Source: a virus (Duplodnaviria > Caudoviricetes). Taken from it: 64,000 nucleotides of DNA. A program made the position numbers and the translations under genes. The notes under the pieces were generated by a model, which searched no databases, was not told where the DNA came from, and was given only the letters and a program-made list of their open reading frames with translations. The stretch spans positions 1,734-65,733 of IMG/VR virus record IMGVR_UViG_3300014205_000228; one strand, 5' to 3'. This document shows, piece by piece, positions 62,859-64,000 of the stretch (the first letter of the stretch is position 1; each line of letters begins with the position of its first letter).

Positions 62859-62914
62859 GCGGAGAGGGGATGTTATCATCAGATTTTCAACAATGAGAGG
62901 CAAGGAGGACAATT

Positions 62915-63136
62915 ATGCTAGACCCTAATAAGTTAAGCTACAGGGTAATAGCGAATCTTTGTAATAGACTTAACCATCTTCCTACGGATAAGCGGCTTGA
63001 ACGAATTAAAGGTATGTCCACAGGAGAAGCCTTTGATGAGTTTCTGAATTGGGAAGGTATCATTGGTTACACTAACATACTGATCAAAGCATACGAAAGC
63101 ATTAAAGCAGCAGAAGTCCAGAAGGGAGGAAGTTAA
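62915..63136 (+). CDS. hypothetical protein
   Basis: GGAGG RBS. Confidence 0.65.
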   Translation: MLDPNKLSYRVIANLCNRLNHLPTDKRLERIKGMSTGEAFDEFLNWEGIIGYTNILIKAYESIKAAEVQKGGS

Positions 63137-63137
63137 G

Positions 63138-63338
63138 ATGATTAAACTCAACATAAGCACAAAACCTTATGTCAGTGCAGAAGTAACTGATGAGCAGTAC
63201 GATTCAATGGTTAAGCTAATCAAACGCTACAAAAAGGAACCTGATGAGAGATGGATAGAGTGGGGATTAGGGGCCTTGATGTGTGAGTTCAATGGGCTGG
63301 TGATAGGGATCGAAAAAGACGGATTAGCATACTCTTAA
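63138..63338 (+). CDS. hypothetical protein
   Basis: GGAGG-like RBS. Confidence 0.6.
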   Translation: MIKLNISTKPYVSAEVTDEQYDSMVKLIKRYKKEPDERWIEWGLGALMCEFNGLVIGIEKDGLAYS

Positions 63339-63350
63339 AGGAGGTTTGGG

Positions 63351-63539
63351 ATGGCTGAAAATGGGCCTAATGAAGACTATCTTGGCGATGGACTGTATGT
63401 CGACTACGATGGGTGGCAGGTATGTCTTGCCGCAAACGATAAGGTCTCAGGGCATCCTACGGATAAGGTATATCTTGAGCCTTTAGTTATTAGTGCTTTC
63501 ATCAGGTATTTAAAAAGACTTGGATTTCAAATTAAGTAA
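63351..63539 (+). CDS. hypothetical protein
   Basis: YLGDGLYVDYDG...VYLEP motif; GGAGG RBS. Confidence 0.65.
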   Translation: MAENGPNEDYLGDGLYVDYDGWQVCLAANDKVSGHPTDKVYLEPLVISAFIRYLKRLGFQIK

Positions 63540-63554
63540 TAAAGGAGGAAGGAA

Positions 63555-63725
63555 ATGGCTATACGAAGAAATGGTACTATTATTATCCAAGGTCAGGCTG
63601 GCGGAGAAGAGCATGTGGCTGAGGAAATCAAGAAGTGCTCTGAGATTGAACAGTACCTCAACGACAAAGTTGCTCTTGATGTGTTCAAGAAGTTTGGAGT
63701 GCTGATCAGAGTGCATTTAAAATAA
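63555..63725 (+). CDS. small hypothetical protein (not in ORF track)
   Basis: MAIRRNGTIII...; GGAGG RBS. Confidence 0.5.
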   Translation: MAIRRNGTIIIQGQAGGEEHVAEEIKKCSEIEQYLNDKVALDVFKKFGVLIRVHLK

Positions 63726-63812
63726 AGTAATGTGTTCAAGGAAGGTTCTATTAAATAGAATCTTCTTGGGATTCATTATGAATCTACTTTAAATAAACAA
63801 AGGAGAAAGATT

Positions 63813-64000
63813 ATGTCAGAAACAGAGAAAGTTGAAGGAGCGTTCTTATCGTCACTGAAGAGAAACAACAAGAAGATCAGAGAAGATCGTGCTGAGGCGA
63901 TTGGCGAGGATGCACAACTGCTTTATAAAAGGCAGGTTGAAGACCTCAGAGTAGCAATCAGTCGTATGAAGCGTGAGCTGGAGAATATGCTTGATCTTTC
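63813..64000 (+). CDS. hypothetical protein, truncated by window end
   Basis: MSETEKVEGAFLSSLKRNNKKIREDRA...; AGGAG RBS. Confidence 0.6.
   Translation, partial: MSETEKVEGAFLSSLKRNNKKIREDRAEAIGEDAQLLYKRQVEDLRVAISRMKRELENMLDL

Overview
Part (possibly most) of a tailed-phage genome with podovirus-like structural genes: P22-type portal, N4-gp56-type major capsid, large ejection proteins, and no recognisable sheath or tape measure. There are three blocks. (1) + strand early/replication genes, 1-21744: nucleotidyltransferase, PD-(D/E)XK exonuclease, Ro60/TROVE, AAA recombinase, SSB-like, DHH phosphoesterase, ParB-methyltransferase fusion, MazG, UDG-PolA fusion, HNH-AP2, DUF3987-like ATPase. (2) - strand late genes, 21737-56371: terS, intein-containing terL, asparagine-synthase-like protein, portal, scaffold, capsid, triplicated decoration-like genes, ejection and tail-fibre proteins, lysozyme, holin. 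(3) A non-coding divergence region, an origin-like inverted repeat and small early genes, 56375-64000. The most striking feature is an RNA module. Five RNAs sharing a Y-RNA-like (Ro-binding) helix, plus one unrelated hairpin, lie directly upstream of a phage Ro60 gene. Two of the five have ordinary tRNA topology with the anticodon arm replaced by the GAAA-capped Ro helix; one ends in an encoded CCA and the other has a His-like G-1:C73 pair. The window also holds a second tRNA-like family (two copies, 8-nt T-loop, 16-bp outer stems), one tRNA-Pro, a dispersed 17-bp palindrome (11 sites plus a half-site), and an RHH+HNH cassette that appears to duplicate the 3' end of its target gene. All calls come from reading the sequence and recalled family motifs; no searches were run. 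Where I shifted an ORF start from the supplied track, the evidence says so.
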